From assembly GCF_006345805.1 (NCBI RefSeq), contig NC_042998.1:152582001-152646000 (forward strand): a DNA stretch of 64,000 bases, written 5' to 3'. The position numbers were made by a program, and so were the translations under genes. The stretch's first letter is position 1. Each line of letters begins with the position of its first letter. This DNA comes from Octopus sinensis (Eukaryota). The notes under the pieces were generated by a model. It saw nothing but the letters and a program-made list of their open reading frames with translations, was not told the DNA's origin and did no database searches. Below, one piece after another: positions 25,460 to 37,800 of the stretch.

Positions 25460-27130
25460 TCATTATTTAAAAATCTGTTGTCCATGCTGGCATGGGTTGC
25501 ACAGTTTGACCTTGGCTGGTAAGCTGAGGGGCTGTACCAGACTGGTTTGGCATGGTTTCTTTGGCTGGATGCTCATCCTAACGCCAACAACTCTGGGTTG
25601 CTTTTACGAGTGGGTGCTTTTACGAGCCACCGGCATGGGAGCCAGTTGCATGACACCAGTATCTTCCACAACTACAATTTCACTTAGCTTGATGGGTCAT
25701 CTTCTCAAGCACAGCATATTGCCAAATTTCGCAGTCATTTGTCATTGCTTCCATGAGGCCTAATGCTCAGAAGGTGGTTTTTACTTGCCACCAGCACAGG
25801 TGCCAGTTACATGACACTGGCATCAGCCACATTGTCTCTGTGAGGCCCAACACTGGAAGGTGTTTTTTAAGTGCCACCAGTATGAGTGCTAGTTACTCAG
25901 GACTGGCATTGTCCATGACTATGATTTCACTTAGTTCAACGGGTCTTCTCAAGCACAGCTATCACCAAAGGTCTCAGTCACTGCTCATTTCCTCTGTGAG
26001 GCCTAACATTCGAAGATCATGCTTCACCAACTCATTCCATGTCTTCCTGAGTCTACCTGTTCCACAGGTTCCCTCCACTGTTAGAGATCAGCACCTTTTT
26101 ACGCAGCAGTCCTCTGAATATTTGATTAATATTACCAGAGAATAGAACTGAAGATTGAATAGGGTGTAATGTTTGTCAAATATTGTTATAGTAATATATA
26201 AACTTTCAGTTTTGCTTATATCATTAAGTTCATCATCATGTATCTGAATTATAATAATTTGTATCAGATATTAATGTATTTCACTATTAGCTAATACCTG
26301 TGTTTTTCTATAACTTGTATAAACTATCTAACATATCAATATTTGTAGATTTATGTTAAACTTTTATTTCATTAAGCATTATTTTTTTTAAATTATCATT
26401 TTGGTTACAAATACGTATACTAGGGCATACTCTTGAGATACGGAAGTTATAATATTAGTGGCACAAGAAACGTGAGTAGAGAGTGGGGTGAGGGGAATGT
26501 AGCAAGTGGTGAAAACCTGGGTATATATGGCAGGAGTTACTGGATAGCAATGATACAATGAACAGGGCCATGAGGACAGGATTGGGGTGCATGGAAGAGA
26601 AGATATGAGGAAGAGATGTAGTTTGGTCTGTTGGGGTAGGGTGGATGAAAAGTTTTCTTGTTACATGTGGGTGGAACACACAGCACTTCTAGAGGTGCTG
26701 TGTGTTTGATGTAGGCGAGTCTTCTCAAGAACTTTATATAGCCAGACATCTTGGTTCATTGTCATTTCCCCCATGTGGCCCAACATCCTGAGTTGGTCCT
26801 TACCACTTCATCCCATGTCTTCCTGGGTCTCCCTTTTCTGAAGATACCCTCCACTTTCAGTGATTGGCACTTCTTTATACAGCTGTCTTCATTCATACGC
26901 ATCACTTGTCCAAACCAATGTAGTCTTCTCTTTTGCATGCTGCATTTAATTCCTCTTATGTTCAACTTTTCTTTCAATAGGTTTGCATTTTGTCTTACAT
27001 GCACACTGATGTTGCACATCCAGTGAAGCATGTTGCCTTCATTTCTCTCTAGTCTACGCATGTCTTCCACATCCACAGCCCTTGTCTCACTACCATGAAG
27101 TATAGCTGTTCACACACAAGCATCATACAT
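25460..27130 (-). mobile_element. Decayed RTE 3' fragments (25460-26115 and 26690-27130)
   Basis: Minus ORF DVEDMRRLERNEGNMLHWMCN...RRLHWFGQVMRM...GRPRKTWDEVVR, plus tail motifs. Confidence 0.8.
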
Positions 27131-27209
27131 TCAAATGGCACTAATATAACTGAAGGAAGTTACTGGCCATAAACTGTAAATTGTAATGTTGGTCCATCTC
27201 TACTTTCAG

Positions 27210-27366
27210 GCATCTAGTAAAGGCATCTGTATTAACTGTACGAGATTCAGGTACCTGGTGGCTTTCTATCCCTAATGCTGGTATTTTTATGAAAAATTTA
27301 ATTCGAGGCCGGAAAGCTGCCATTACAATTATTAAGAAAACAAAATACAAAGAAATTTTCAAAGAT
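27210..27366 (+). CDS. STK19: STK19 coding exon 5 (HLVKASVLTVRDSGTWWLSIPNAGIFMKNLIRGRKAAITIIKKTKYKEIFKD)
   Basis: tttcAG acceptor, GTAAGT donor, phase 2 to 0. Matches human HLVNAGVLTVRDAGSWWLAVPGAGRFIKYFVKGRQAVLSMVRKAKYREL. Confidence 0.96.
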
Positions 27367-27669
27367 GTAAGTAATTCTATACCTTTTAAACATTTTCATT
27401 GGGATTGAAATGTCTATTTTTATTTATTTAGTTATATATTTATTATATCATATGGTGCTGAAGGAAGTGGAGGGTAGAATTAATTGTATCATTGCTATCA
27501 GACAAAATACTTCCTTATGGTATTTAATTAAAATCCTTATGTCCAAGGTCCAAATCCTGCTTAGGATTGACTTTGCTTTCATCATTCTTTAGTTGATAAA
27601 ATACTTACCAGTCATGTACTTACATCAGTTTAATCAGCTATATCTCTACCCAACTCCAATTTCTGGCTT

Positions 27670-30600
27670 ATGGCTCATGTTGATGCATGTTGCAGTCAAG
27701 AAGTAAGGTGGAGGGGAACTTCATCCAGGTTCCTCATGGGTAAGACACATTGGTATAAAATCTTCTGGGATGGTAAGAGTGATAGAGTAGGTGGTGTGGG
27801 CATTCTTCTCACAGCCAGTTATCTTCCATGGTGTACATGGGAGCCATGGAATTGGTTACCAAAATGATGAGGGAGAAAAGGTACTGGAGTTCTGTGGCAC
27901 AAATAACCTAATGATCTGCAATACCAATGTCAGGAATCCCACCAGTCAACTGATAACCTACCAACCGGATGACCACACTCGTCAGATTGATTACATTCTC
28001 AACATACAGCGAGATACATGGTTGCTCGTAAATGCAAATACCTTCCCTGGTTAAGAATGTAGCCCCCAGCATAGACTAGTCATTAATGACTTTAGACTTT
28101 AGGCTAGAAAGATGCCAAGACGCAGACCAATCTGGAAAAGAAGGATTGGAAAACTTAAGGATCTTTTATATGGTCTGATATTTAGGAACACCCTAAGTGA
28201 GAAATTTAACAAAAAGGAGGAGGAACTACAGACTTGTAATATAGATGGCAGCTGAGAATTCCTGCAGGACAGCTTGCTGAGTGCAACAGACCAAATCTGC
28301 TGCTAGTGCAAAGTCCAACTAGATCTAGGATGATGTGATGGTGGAACAATGCCATAGACAAGGCCATTAGAGCAAAGAAACAGCCATGGAAGGACTAGCA
28401 GAATGCTGGTAGCAGAGAACTATATCAGGTAGCTCAGAGGGAGGCTAGAAGATGGGTATACTTAGCCAGGGGAGAAGCAGAAAGGAGGAAGTTTGCCAAT
28501 GTTCTGCATTGTGAGGACCAGGGGCATCAAGAGTTTCAGATTGCAAGACAGTGTGCCAGAGAAATGTGTTTGCATAGACGATGGCTCACTTGTAGTTAGT
28601 GATTCAGCTAAGAAGGAGGCTTGGAAGTGTCACTATGAAAGGTTGCTAAATGTAGGAAATGCATGGGAGAAGGAGAGCCTGCCTAATGTGGACCCAACTG
28701 AGGGGGCTGGCTATTTGAATCGACAGTAGCTTAGTAGATAAAGTAATTAAGGAGATGAAGATAGAGAAAACCTCTGGCCCATCAGGAATCACCAGTGAGA
28801 TGCTTAAAATCTCTGGTAGAGTGGGAGATGATTTGGTCACCCATATAGTTAATCAGCATCAAATTGCTGGACCAGGTGATGAAAGTTGCAGAAAGGGTCA
28901 TAACTCAATTAATTAGGAAGAGAGTTAGCATAGATAAGATGCAGTTTGGATTTGTGCCAGAGAAAAGTACCACTGATACTATCTTCCTGGTGAAGCAACT
29001 GCAGGAAAAATATTTGGCCAAAAATATACCTCTATTTCTGGCTTTTGTTGACATGGAGAAAGCTTTTGACAGGGTTCCCCACTTCCTTATCTGGTAGGTA
29101 ATGCAAAAGCTAAGGATAGATGAGTGGCTGGTGAGACCTGTACAAGCCATGTACAGGGATGCTGTTAGTAAGGTGAGAGTTACCAATGAGTATAACAAGG
29201 AGTTTAGTTCAGTTCTTATCCCCCTCTTATTTAACATGGTCCTTCAAGCTATAACTGAGGAATTTAAGACTGGCTGCCCTTGGGAGTTTCTTTATGCCAA
29301 TGACCTTGTTCTTATTGCTGAATCACTACCAGAACTAAGGAAGAAATTTCAGGTATAGAAGCAAAGTCTGGGATCACGGGGCCTTAGAGTTAATGTAGTG
29401 AAGACCAAAGTATTGTAAAAGTAATGTAGCAAATGACCAAAGTATGAAAATAGACAAATAACATGACCCTGCTTGATATGTAGAAAAGGTGTCAGGAGAA
29501 ACTCTGTGCACCCAATGCCAACAATGGACATGTAAGAGGTGCAGTGGTATCACTAGATGTCTAACAGAAAAAGTAGCCTTTACATTTGGAAAAAAAATGG
29601 ACTGCCTCATATGTCAGGGTGATTCTTAGAAGTAGTAGACACTTTCCGTTACTTAGGTGACCAAGTTAGTAGTGGAGGTGGTTGTTCCAAAAGAACAGAC
29701 TAGGTAAAGTTCAGAGAGCTACTAATTCTGTTAGTAATGAAGGGCCTCTCCTTCAGAGCGAAAGGCAGATTGTACGATGCTTGTATACAAACGGCTATGC
29801 TACATGGCAGTGAGACATGAGCTGTGCCTACTGAGGATATGAGAAGACTTGAAAGAAATTAAGCCAGTATGCTTCACTGGATGAGTAATGTCAGTGTGCA
29901 TATATTGGGTCATCCCTTACATAATACAGTTTTTTTCTACTTAATCTAAACTATACTATCCTTCATTTTCTACAATGCTCTAAGATTTATCTGGTAGACT
30001 TGCAAGGCCCCTTTTCCAAAATTCACTTGTCTGTGACGAAAAATACTCCTCCACTACTGTTCTGACCTTGTCTACAAAATTCATATTTTTGCTGTCAATG
30101 ATTTTGAAGACCGCTGTATAAATGATAATCAGATGGGGCAATGTCTGGTGAATATGGTGGGTGGGGTATCGTTTCCCATCTAAACTGCTCCAGCCTTTGG
30201 AATGTCATACTTGTTGTATGTGGCCAAGCATTATACTGATGGAAGAACACCATTTGTCTTGAAACTGAAGATGGTCGTTTTTCTTCTAGCTCTGACTTAA
30301 GCCACTCAAGCTTCTTTCAGTAGATCTACTTTGTTATCATTTGGTTTGGGTTTACAAGTTTAAAGTGGACTAAACCTTTCATATCCCACCAAACAGATAA
30401 CACCCTACATGGGTGAAGACCTTTTTTAACCTGGGGTGCCGGTGTTTCTTCTTTCCCTACCCACTGTTGGCACTTGACATTTTTATAGAGAACCCATTTC
30501 TCATCACCAGTCATTATTCTGTCCAAAAAAAGGTTCATTCATGAGACATAGCAACAAAGAAGAGCACACATTCACTTTGTGTGCAATTAGACTCAGAAAG

Positions 30601-31330
30601 TTTGTGAGGAACTCATTGACCCAATTTTCTGACTTTTCTGATGGCATGCGGGTGTCAATGAATGGTCAGATTACCAAATCCAAGCTTCTCTGCTAGTTCC
30701 TCAACAGTTACAATGGGATTTTGTTCCCGCAGGGTTTGCAGAACATCTTAGTCAAGCTCTGCAGATCTTCCGGGATGAGACTCATCTTCTAGGCTGTAGT
30801 TTCCAGCTCAGAATTTCTAGAACCACCGTTGACACTGGCTTGTACTTATTGTCCAATCCCCACATACTGCATTAATATTCCTTACACTTTCCATTGCGTT
30901 GTTGCCTTTTTGAACTCATAAAGCAAAATATGCTAAATATGCTCCTTTGTCACTTCCATTATAGCTTTGAAAAAATAACTATTAAAATCGAACTGCACTC
31001 TTCAAAACTTGCACTAAGAATAAGTACAAGGTGAAATTACTACCTGCTTTTATAGCAAATTAATAGAGGTAGTTTATCCTCTCCCCGTCTGACTTGTAGT
31101 TTATGCAATTGAAAAAACCAAATTATTTATGTGATGACCCAATACAACAGTGTAAGTGATTTGAGAGAAAACTGGGTATACATAGCATCAGATGTAGTGT
31201 GCAAGAGAGAAGATTGCACTGATATGGCCATAGCTGAGCATCCCTAATCTAACAGGCTTGTAGGTGCTGGTGCCACATAAAAAGCCCCCGTGCCCAGAGC
31301 TGCATAAAAGCACCCAGTACACTCTGCCAC
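27670..31330 (+). mobile_element. Decayed RTE LINE (APE-RT-PHD) interrupted by a mariner
   Basis: CCSQEVRW, QIDYIL, MQFGFVP, AFVDMEKAFDRVP, LYANDL, WPCLICRK with many stops. Sequence resumes at 31145 (QQSVSDLREKL). Confidence 0.88.
29905..31142 (-). mobile_element. Defective mariner (DD34D-type) transposon
   Basis: TA duplication at 29903-04 and 31143-44; TIR TTGGGTCATC; minus-strand (W>*)VPHKL, TGDEKW, VWWD, HQYNAWPH (D>Y), YSPDIAPSD. Confidence 0.92.
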
Positions 31331-31631
31331 TTCACTGTTTGGGTTTGGAGAAGACAAACATTCTACCAATATTTGCGTGGAGATGACGTTGCAGGCTTAA
31401 GCAATTTTCATAACTCTCCTTTCTTATATTCTATATCCACTTTGAGCAAACCAGTATGTGGGTGCTCCTAAGCAAGTCACTTAACTCCACTTCTGTATCC
31501 ATCAGTATATCCAGATTTCATTTAGATATTTATTTCTTTTATTGGCTTATGTATCTGTGTGACTCCACAATTATATTTCTCTCATCATCTGTCTATTTTC
31601 ATTCTGTTTCCCCTTTCTCTCCTCTCTCTCA

Positions 31632-31740
<109 letters not shown>

Positions 31741-31814
31741 TATATATATATCAGCTGTGCTTCTTTCCCTCCCAAATAAACATTAAGAATATTTTGTCTT
31801 CATTTTCATTACAG

Positions 31815-31903
31815 GATCTGGAACAACGGAAGTGGCCTCGTCTAGCTAGGTTGGGTATAGTCTACCATATTCATGATATTATTGGTGCTGACTTGGTTGA
31901 CTG
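31815..31903 (+). CDS. STK19: STK19 coding exon 6 (DLEQRKWPRLARLGIVYHIHDIIGADLVD)
   Basis: ttacAG acceptor, GTAAGT donor, phase 0 to 2. Matches human RLGLTYHVHDLIGAQLVD. Confidence 0.95.
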
Positions 31904-32037
31904 GTAAGTGACATACTCTCATTTAAAATGGGGCTGGATTTAATAAGGTATTGGATAGGTAAAATAAACTGGTACTATTAACTAACCCACTTCCTTCAAA
32001 ATTGCTGGCCTTGTACCTAAATCAGAAATGAATATTG

Positions 32038-32415
32038 AAGGCAGTAAGCTGGCAGAATCGTTGAGCACACCGGGCAAAATGCTTAATGGACATTTCATCT
32101 ATCTTTACATTCTGAGTTCAATTTTCATTGACACTGACTTTGCCTTTCATCCTTTCAGGGTCAATAAAAAAAAAGTACCAGCTAAGCACTTGAGTCGAAG
32201 TAATAGACTTAATCCCTCCCTTGAAATTGTTGGCCTTGCAAAGCATATTGTCTGTCTTTACATTCTGAGTTTAAATTTCATTGAGATCGACTTTGGCTTT
32301 CATGCTTTCAAGGTCAATGAAATAAGTACCAGTTGAACACTGGAGATGGTGTAATTGATGTAACCCCTCTCCCAAAATTGCTGGCCTTGTGGTAAAATTT
32401 GAAACATTATTATTT
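32038..32415 (+). mobile_element. Two tandem tRNA-derived SINEs (Meta-domain-like core, (ATT)n tail) in STK19 intron 6
   Basis: agctggcagaatcgtt...gagttcaa...gactttgcctttcatcctttc.gggtc.ataaaa..agtaccag. Confidence 0.8.
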
Positions 32416-32924
32416 TTTATTATAGTGGAATGTTGTGAAGATAAATTCCAGATCATCCAATTTTAATTCCTGGTCTTAGCTTTTTCATTTAGTCTAAGAA
32501 TATTGTTGTTTTTTAGCTCTAGGTCAGTCCAGATCAAGAAGACCTCTGATCAAATGTGTTCCAGCTATGACCATTCCATTATTTTTGCATCTGTTACTAT
32601 ATTGTCCAATGTTTCCATTCTTTTCTAAAATAGTGAGATGCAATTTGATAAAGACTTGGTTGCGATTTTTAACAACTTGAGCTACAACTTAGAGACTATC
32701 TCTTTGACTTATTTCTTTTGTTTTTGGGGTTTTTGTTTCTCAGTCAGTGTTGTGTACATTGACAAGAGCCACATCACTGCTATAATAGTTAAATTTGAAC
32801 TTGACCTTGTGACTCAGTAATCCACCACTGTGACCTCTCAACCATTGAACTTCAGAGCTTTTTTTTCCCTTCATTTATTTATTTATTTCATCTTAATTGT
32901 TTTCCCTTTGTTTTGTGTTTCCAG

Positions 32925-32967
32925 CATCCAAACCACAAACGGAATCTTGTTGCGACTGCGTGAATGA
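32925..32967 (+). CDS. STK19: STK19 last coding exon (CIQTTNGILLRLRE*)
   Basis: tttccAG acceptor, phase 2, TGA at 32965-32967. Matches human CISTTSGTLLRL. The seven exons sum to 831 nt = 276 aa plus stop. Confidence 0.93.
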
Positions 32968-34469
32968 TGCAACTGCATATGTTGCAAGCATCTGCTTGTG
33001 GGTCAAAGATTAATGATCTTATTCCTCCATCTGGATTAGATCGACAACCACCACCACCACCGCTGCCACCACCACAACTATTAACTACTTTAACTTCTAC
33101 TTCAGTTTGAAAACAAGCACTTGGAGAATCTCAGATACAAAGCAGCGGTATATTGGATTTGAGCCAAGAGACTATCAGTGTGGGCCACCCTACTTTGCCT
33201 CTGTTTACAGTACTTTCTTTCTTAAACTCCCACCAGCACCACCAATTGTTGTCTCAGTCTGGGTTATACTGCCTTCCTTCCCCCACCCATTCTCTGTTTG
33301 GCTCTGACTATCAACGTCTTTCAGCCATATTCTGGCAAAAACACACGGAAACTGTTTTACTCCATAAATTCTAACTGTATTTGAAGAAGACCCGCAAAGA
33401 AATTAACAGGCATTATTTCCAAGAAAACAGCACAAGTAAATCTGACAGCTCAGTCTTCAGTGATACAACTATACACTCTCTCTCTACTCCTCTCTGTCTT
33501 GTGTGTAGCTAAGTATGTATTTTTTCTGGCCCTCAATCTGCAAGGTCATATCTAATTATTTGTTGAACTTCAACAGGAGGGCTATTCTTCCCACTTTATA
33601 CCTTAAAGTATCCATTAGTATTAACATTATGTTTGTGCAGAACAACTGTTTCACAAGCTCAACCTAGTTTTGTTGTGTGTTAGTTTATTTGTCTCTACAA
33701 CTTCTCCACCCAACCTCTTCTTTTCCTTATTGTCTTACCTTTCATATCTCATTACTTCAACCAGTTACCCCTTTGTTCTTCCTTTTCTCCTACCTCTCTT
33801 GTTGTCTTCCTCCGAGCTTCCTCAATTCTTCTTTTCTTTCCTTCTTTTTCTTCCTAATTTTCTCAATCTCTTCATCCCCTCCTCCTATATGCATGTGTGA
33901 AGCAGAGGAGAAAGTAAACTCTACCACTATATATAATGACTCATTTCAAAGAAGACAATCAATCTCTAATGAAGAAACCAACATCACACAACATAGAAAT
34001 GACAACCCAAACAAATCAGTAGAACAGTGTCTATAGAATACCATAAAATCTCAGATGTCAATGCCTAGTGAAACTCTAAACCCTATTTCTTTTCTCCTTT
34101 TTCCTTTATTTTTTTTTATTGCAAAAAATAATTATAAGGAATTCAAAAAGAAAATTAGAAAAATATAAAGGAGATAATTTTTTTTTCTATCTCTCTCTCA
34201 TGACGTGTATAATATTATATATACATAATCATAATTATTTAATGTCCACTTTTCCATGTTTACGTGAGTCAGACAGAATTTGTTGAGGCAGATTTTCTAC
34301 TGCTGGATGCCCTTCTTGTCACTAAACTTCACCTGTTTCCAATTAATATTTCTCCATGGCTAGACATATTTTTCACAGAAGTCTGGAAATTAGCAACATC
34401 ACTTGATGCTCATGTACAGCTATTACATGATGTCCATGCAAGAGTACACACAAACACACACACTGAGTT

Positions 34470-35177
34470 TCATTCAGTTTTCTTTGACCAAATCCACTCA
34501 CAAGGTTTTGGTTAGCCTAAGGCTTTATGTAATAAAAGTCACTTGTCAAAGTTACCATGCAGTGGGACTGAACCCTAGATCACATGGTTGGTAAGCAAGC
34601 TTCTTAATCACACAGCCATGCCTACTCCTATGTGTGTGCGTGTTTGACTAAACCCTTCAGAGCAATGTCCTGGCATGACTACAATCCAATGACTGAAGTA
34701 AGTAAAAGATAAAAGATATACATATCTTCTACTTTTTTCAGTCAATAGACTGCAACCATGCTGGGATGCCACCTTAAAGGGTTTTGTCAAATAAACTAAC
34801 CCCAGTACTTCTTTCTTAAAGCTTGGTACTTACTCTATCAGTCTTGTTTTACTGAACCACAAAGTTTTGTGGACATAAACAAACTAGCATCACTTATTAA
34901 GTGGTGGTGGGGGACAAATATAGACATAATGACATACATATATATATATATATTATATATAGAAAATACCGTGATTCACATGAATCCTATAAATGATTAA
35001 TATATATATATATACACACAGGCTTCTTTCAGTTTTTATCTATCAAATCCACTCTCAAGTCTTTGGTCAATCCAGAGTTTTAGTAGACACTTACCCAAGG
35101 TGCCATGCAGTAGAACTGAACCCAGAATTATGTCATTAGGAAGCAAACTTCTTACCACACAGTCATGCCTGTGCCTA
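34470..35177 (-). mobile_element. Two CORE-type tRNA SINE copies (34470-34626, 35020-35177)
   Basis: Minus strand ggttcagtcccactgc...caccttgggtaagtgtc resembles the CORE motif GACCTTGGGCAAGTCAC. Confidence 0.7.
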
Positions 35178-35331
35178 CACACACACACACACACATATAC
35201 ATACATATACACACACAGATTATTTTTATATTTTGGTCTATCCTGAACCATTCAGCTCATCTCAGTCTTTTCTTTATAAACAATATCATTGAATTTATGT
35301 ATTCTTCAAATCATCTACTGTTCCTAGTCCT

Positions 35332-35371
<40 letters not shown>

Positions 35372-35715
35372 ATATATAAATTGAGATAGGGGTTGTGAGT
35401 GCAACCCACCATGGGATAACATATATCCAATATACTGCCAGTAAAGCACCCAACAAAGTTAATACATAAATGTTAAGAATTGCGATGCAATTAATTCATT
35501 TATTGTATTATATGGGCAAAGGTAAAATGTTTTACCACAAATTAATAATACAAAATAAGAAAATGGAGAAATACACCTTAATCAATAATCCACTACCTAT
35601 GAACATCAAGGTCAAACATAATAGTATAGAACAAAACAATGCACATCAATGAGTAATATGATACAATAAGTACAGTATGTATAAGTGAATATAAATAAAT
35701 ATAAATATAAACTAC

Positions 35716-35842
35716 ATCTTACAGCTGTTTCAGCCATGCAGACATGGGCATCTCATTATGCTCATACTAGCCAGGTGTGATAAGTTAATATGTGGTTATA
35801 AATGAGACACTCACAAAAATATCCCAAGGCCTCTTCAGAGAT
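35716..35842 (-). ncRNA. Type I hammerhead ribozyme (left palindrome arm)
   Basis: Minus strand ATCT-CTGAAGA-GGCC-N92-GGCT-GAAA-CAGCTG-TA^AGAT. Confidence 0.72.
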
Positions 35843-35887
35843 TATAAAGTACAAACTAAACTAAATATGAATAGTTTGTACTTTATA

Positions 35888-36014
35888 ATTTCTGAAGAGG
35901 CCTTGGGATATTTTTGTGAGTGTCTCATTTATAACCACATATTAACTTATTACACCTGGCTAGTATGAGCATAATGAGATGCCCATGCCTGCATGGCTGA
36001 AACAGCTGTAAGAT
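35888..36014 (+). ncRNA. Type I hammerhead ribozyme (right palindrome arm)
   Basis: ATTT-CTGAAGA(35892-98)-GGCC-N92-GGCT-GAAA-CAGCTG-TA^AGAT; GUA site after 36010. Confidence 0.68.
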
Positions 36015-37496
36015 GTAGTTTATATTTATATTTATTTATATTCACTTATACATACTGTACTTATTGTATCATATTACTCATTGATGTGCATTATTTTGTT
36101 CTATACTATTATGTTTGACCTTCATGTTCATATGTAGTGGTTTAATAAATTATGTGATTGGGTATTATCTGGTAGTTGATTATTGATTAAGGTCTATTTC
36201 TTATTTTGTGTATATATATACACACACACACACACACTATTATGAAAGTGTATACGAGTTGTGTTGGGGAACAAAAATTGGTTCTGAACCTATTTTGATA
36301 TGCATAGAATCATTAGCATGCCAGGCAGAATGTTTAGCAGCATTTCACCCTCTACAATCTGAGTTGAAATTCTGCTGAGGTCATCTTCACCTTTCATCCT
36401 TTTGGGGTTAATAAAATAAGTACCAGTTGAGCACTGGTGTCAATGTAATTGACTTGCCCCTCCCCCCACATTGCTAGCCTTGTGCCAAAATTTGAAACCA
36501 TTATTATTATTATTTTCTATACATATGGACTATACTTAAAATTTTACACACAAAACTTTAACGTGCTTAATTACACACTTGCAGAAAAGTGTGTAAATTT
36601 TGGTGTACATTTGGTGCGTGTGTGTGAAGAAGAAGAGAGAGAGAGCCACAACATCTGAAGACAGGTGAAGACAGCAGCCAATAAATTGGAATGTAGGCTG
36701 GTGAAATTCTCAAAGGTGAGTTATAGATGATTAAGGAAAGTGGAGAAGGAGGGAAAGAGGAAAATGGAATATATGTATGTGTGTGTGTGTGCACAGGGAA
36801 TATATTGGTTTGATGCTCGGTAAAAAGAGAGTTTTTGACATTTCAAGCTTAGCTCTTTGTTGGAAAGGAACTATGTGTGTGTATGTACATGTATGGGTAT
36901 ATATGTATGTGTGTATATATATATGTATGTGTGTGTGTGTGTATCACATAGTGAGAGTTCATGAGAAAAAACTAAAATATAAAAATTCAAAAATATAAAG
37001 TAAAGAATAACCCCACTGCCAAAATATTTAAACCAAAACAAAAAAGGAAAAAAAGTAAAGAATAACTTGAAGGAAACTCTTTATTATTTAGCATGCCAGG
37101 TCAAATGCTTAGCAGCATTTCGTCCTTCTTTAAGTTCTAAGTTCAAATTCTGTCGGGGTTGACTTTGCATTTCATCCTTTCAGGATCAATAAAAGAAGTA
37201 CCAGTGGAACACTGGGGGTCAATGCAATCGACTAGCCCCCTTTCCCCAAATTTCAGGCCTTGTGCCTATAGTAGAAAGAATTATTATTATTAAGGCAGTG
37301 ACCTGGCAGAATTGTTATGTGTTGGGCAAAATACTTAGTGGCATTTCATCTGTCTTTACATTCCAAGTTCAAATGCTGCTGGGGTCTACTTTGCCTTTCA
37401 TCCTTTTCGGGTCAATAAATATCAGTTGAACACTGAGGTTGACGTAATCCCCCAAATTTCAGGCCTTGTGCCTATAACAGAAAGGATTAGTATTAT

Positions 37497-37800
37497 TGAG
37501 GGCACATGGCCTAGTGGTTAGGGTATTGCACTCACAATCGCTAGATCATGATTTCAATTCCTAGACCGGATGGTGCATTGTGTTCTTGAGTAAAATGCTT
37601 CATCTCATGTTGCATTGTGATCACTTCGACACCTCACATGTGGCACACAGTGCACTTGCTCAAACAATGTCAATTTGATGAAGGGAGTGAGCTAATGTGT
37701 GACATGAACATTTGATCACTATAAACAAATCATTTGTGTGGGTCATTCAGCAAAAGCTGAACACTCATACATCATCTTTGATGGGAGAGTCCATCATTAT
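37497..37800 (+). mobile_element. tRNA-headed SINE of a different (CORE-like) family
   Basis: A box TGGCCTAGTGG, B-box-like atttcaattcc, then gtgttcttgagtaaaatgcttcatctc. Confidence 0.65.

Larger units (their letters stand above)
35550..36212. repeat. Long palindrome (arms ~35550-35858 and 35872-36212, 13-nt loop), probably an inverted PLE pLTR pair
   Basis: Arms are reverse complementary with few mismatches; loop aactaaatatgaa. Confidence 0.9.

Noticed and set aside
33000-33400. Additional coding exon after the STK19 stop (poly-Pro/Thr-looking stretch)
   Set aside because: All frames are interrupted, with no convincing splice sites or homology; more likely 3' UTR.
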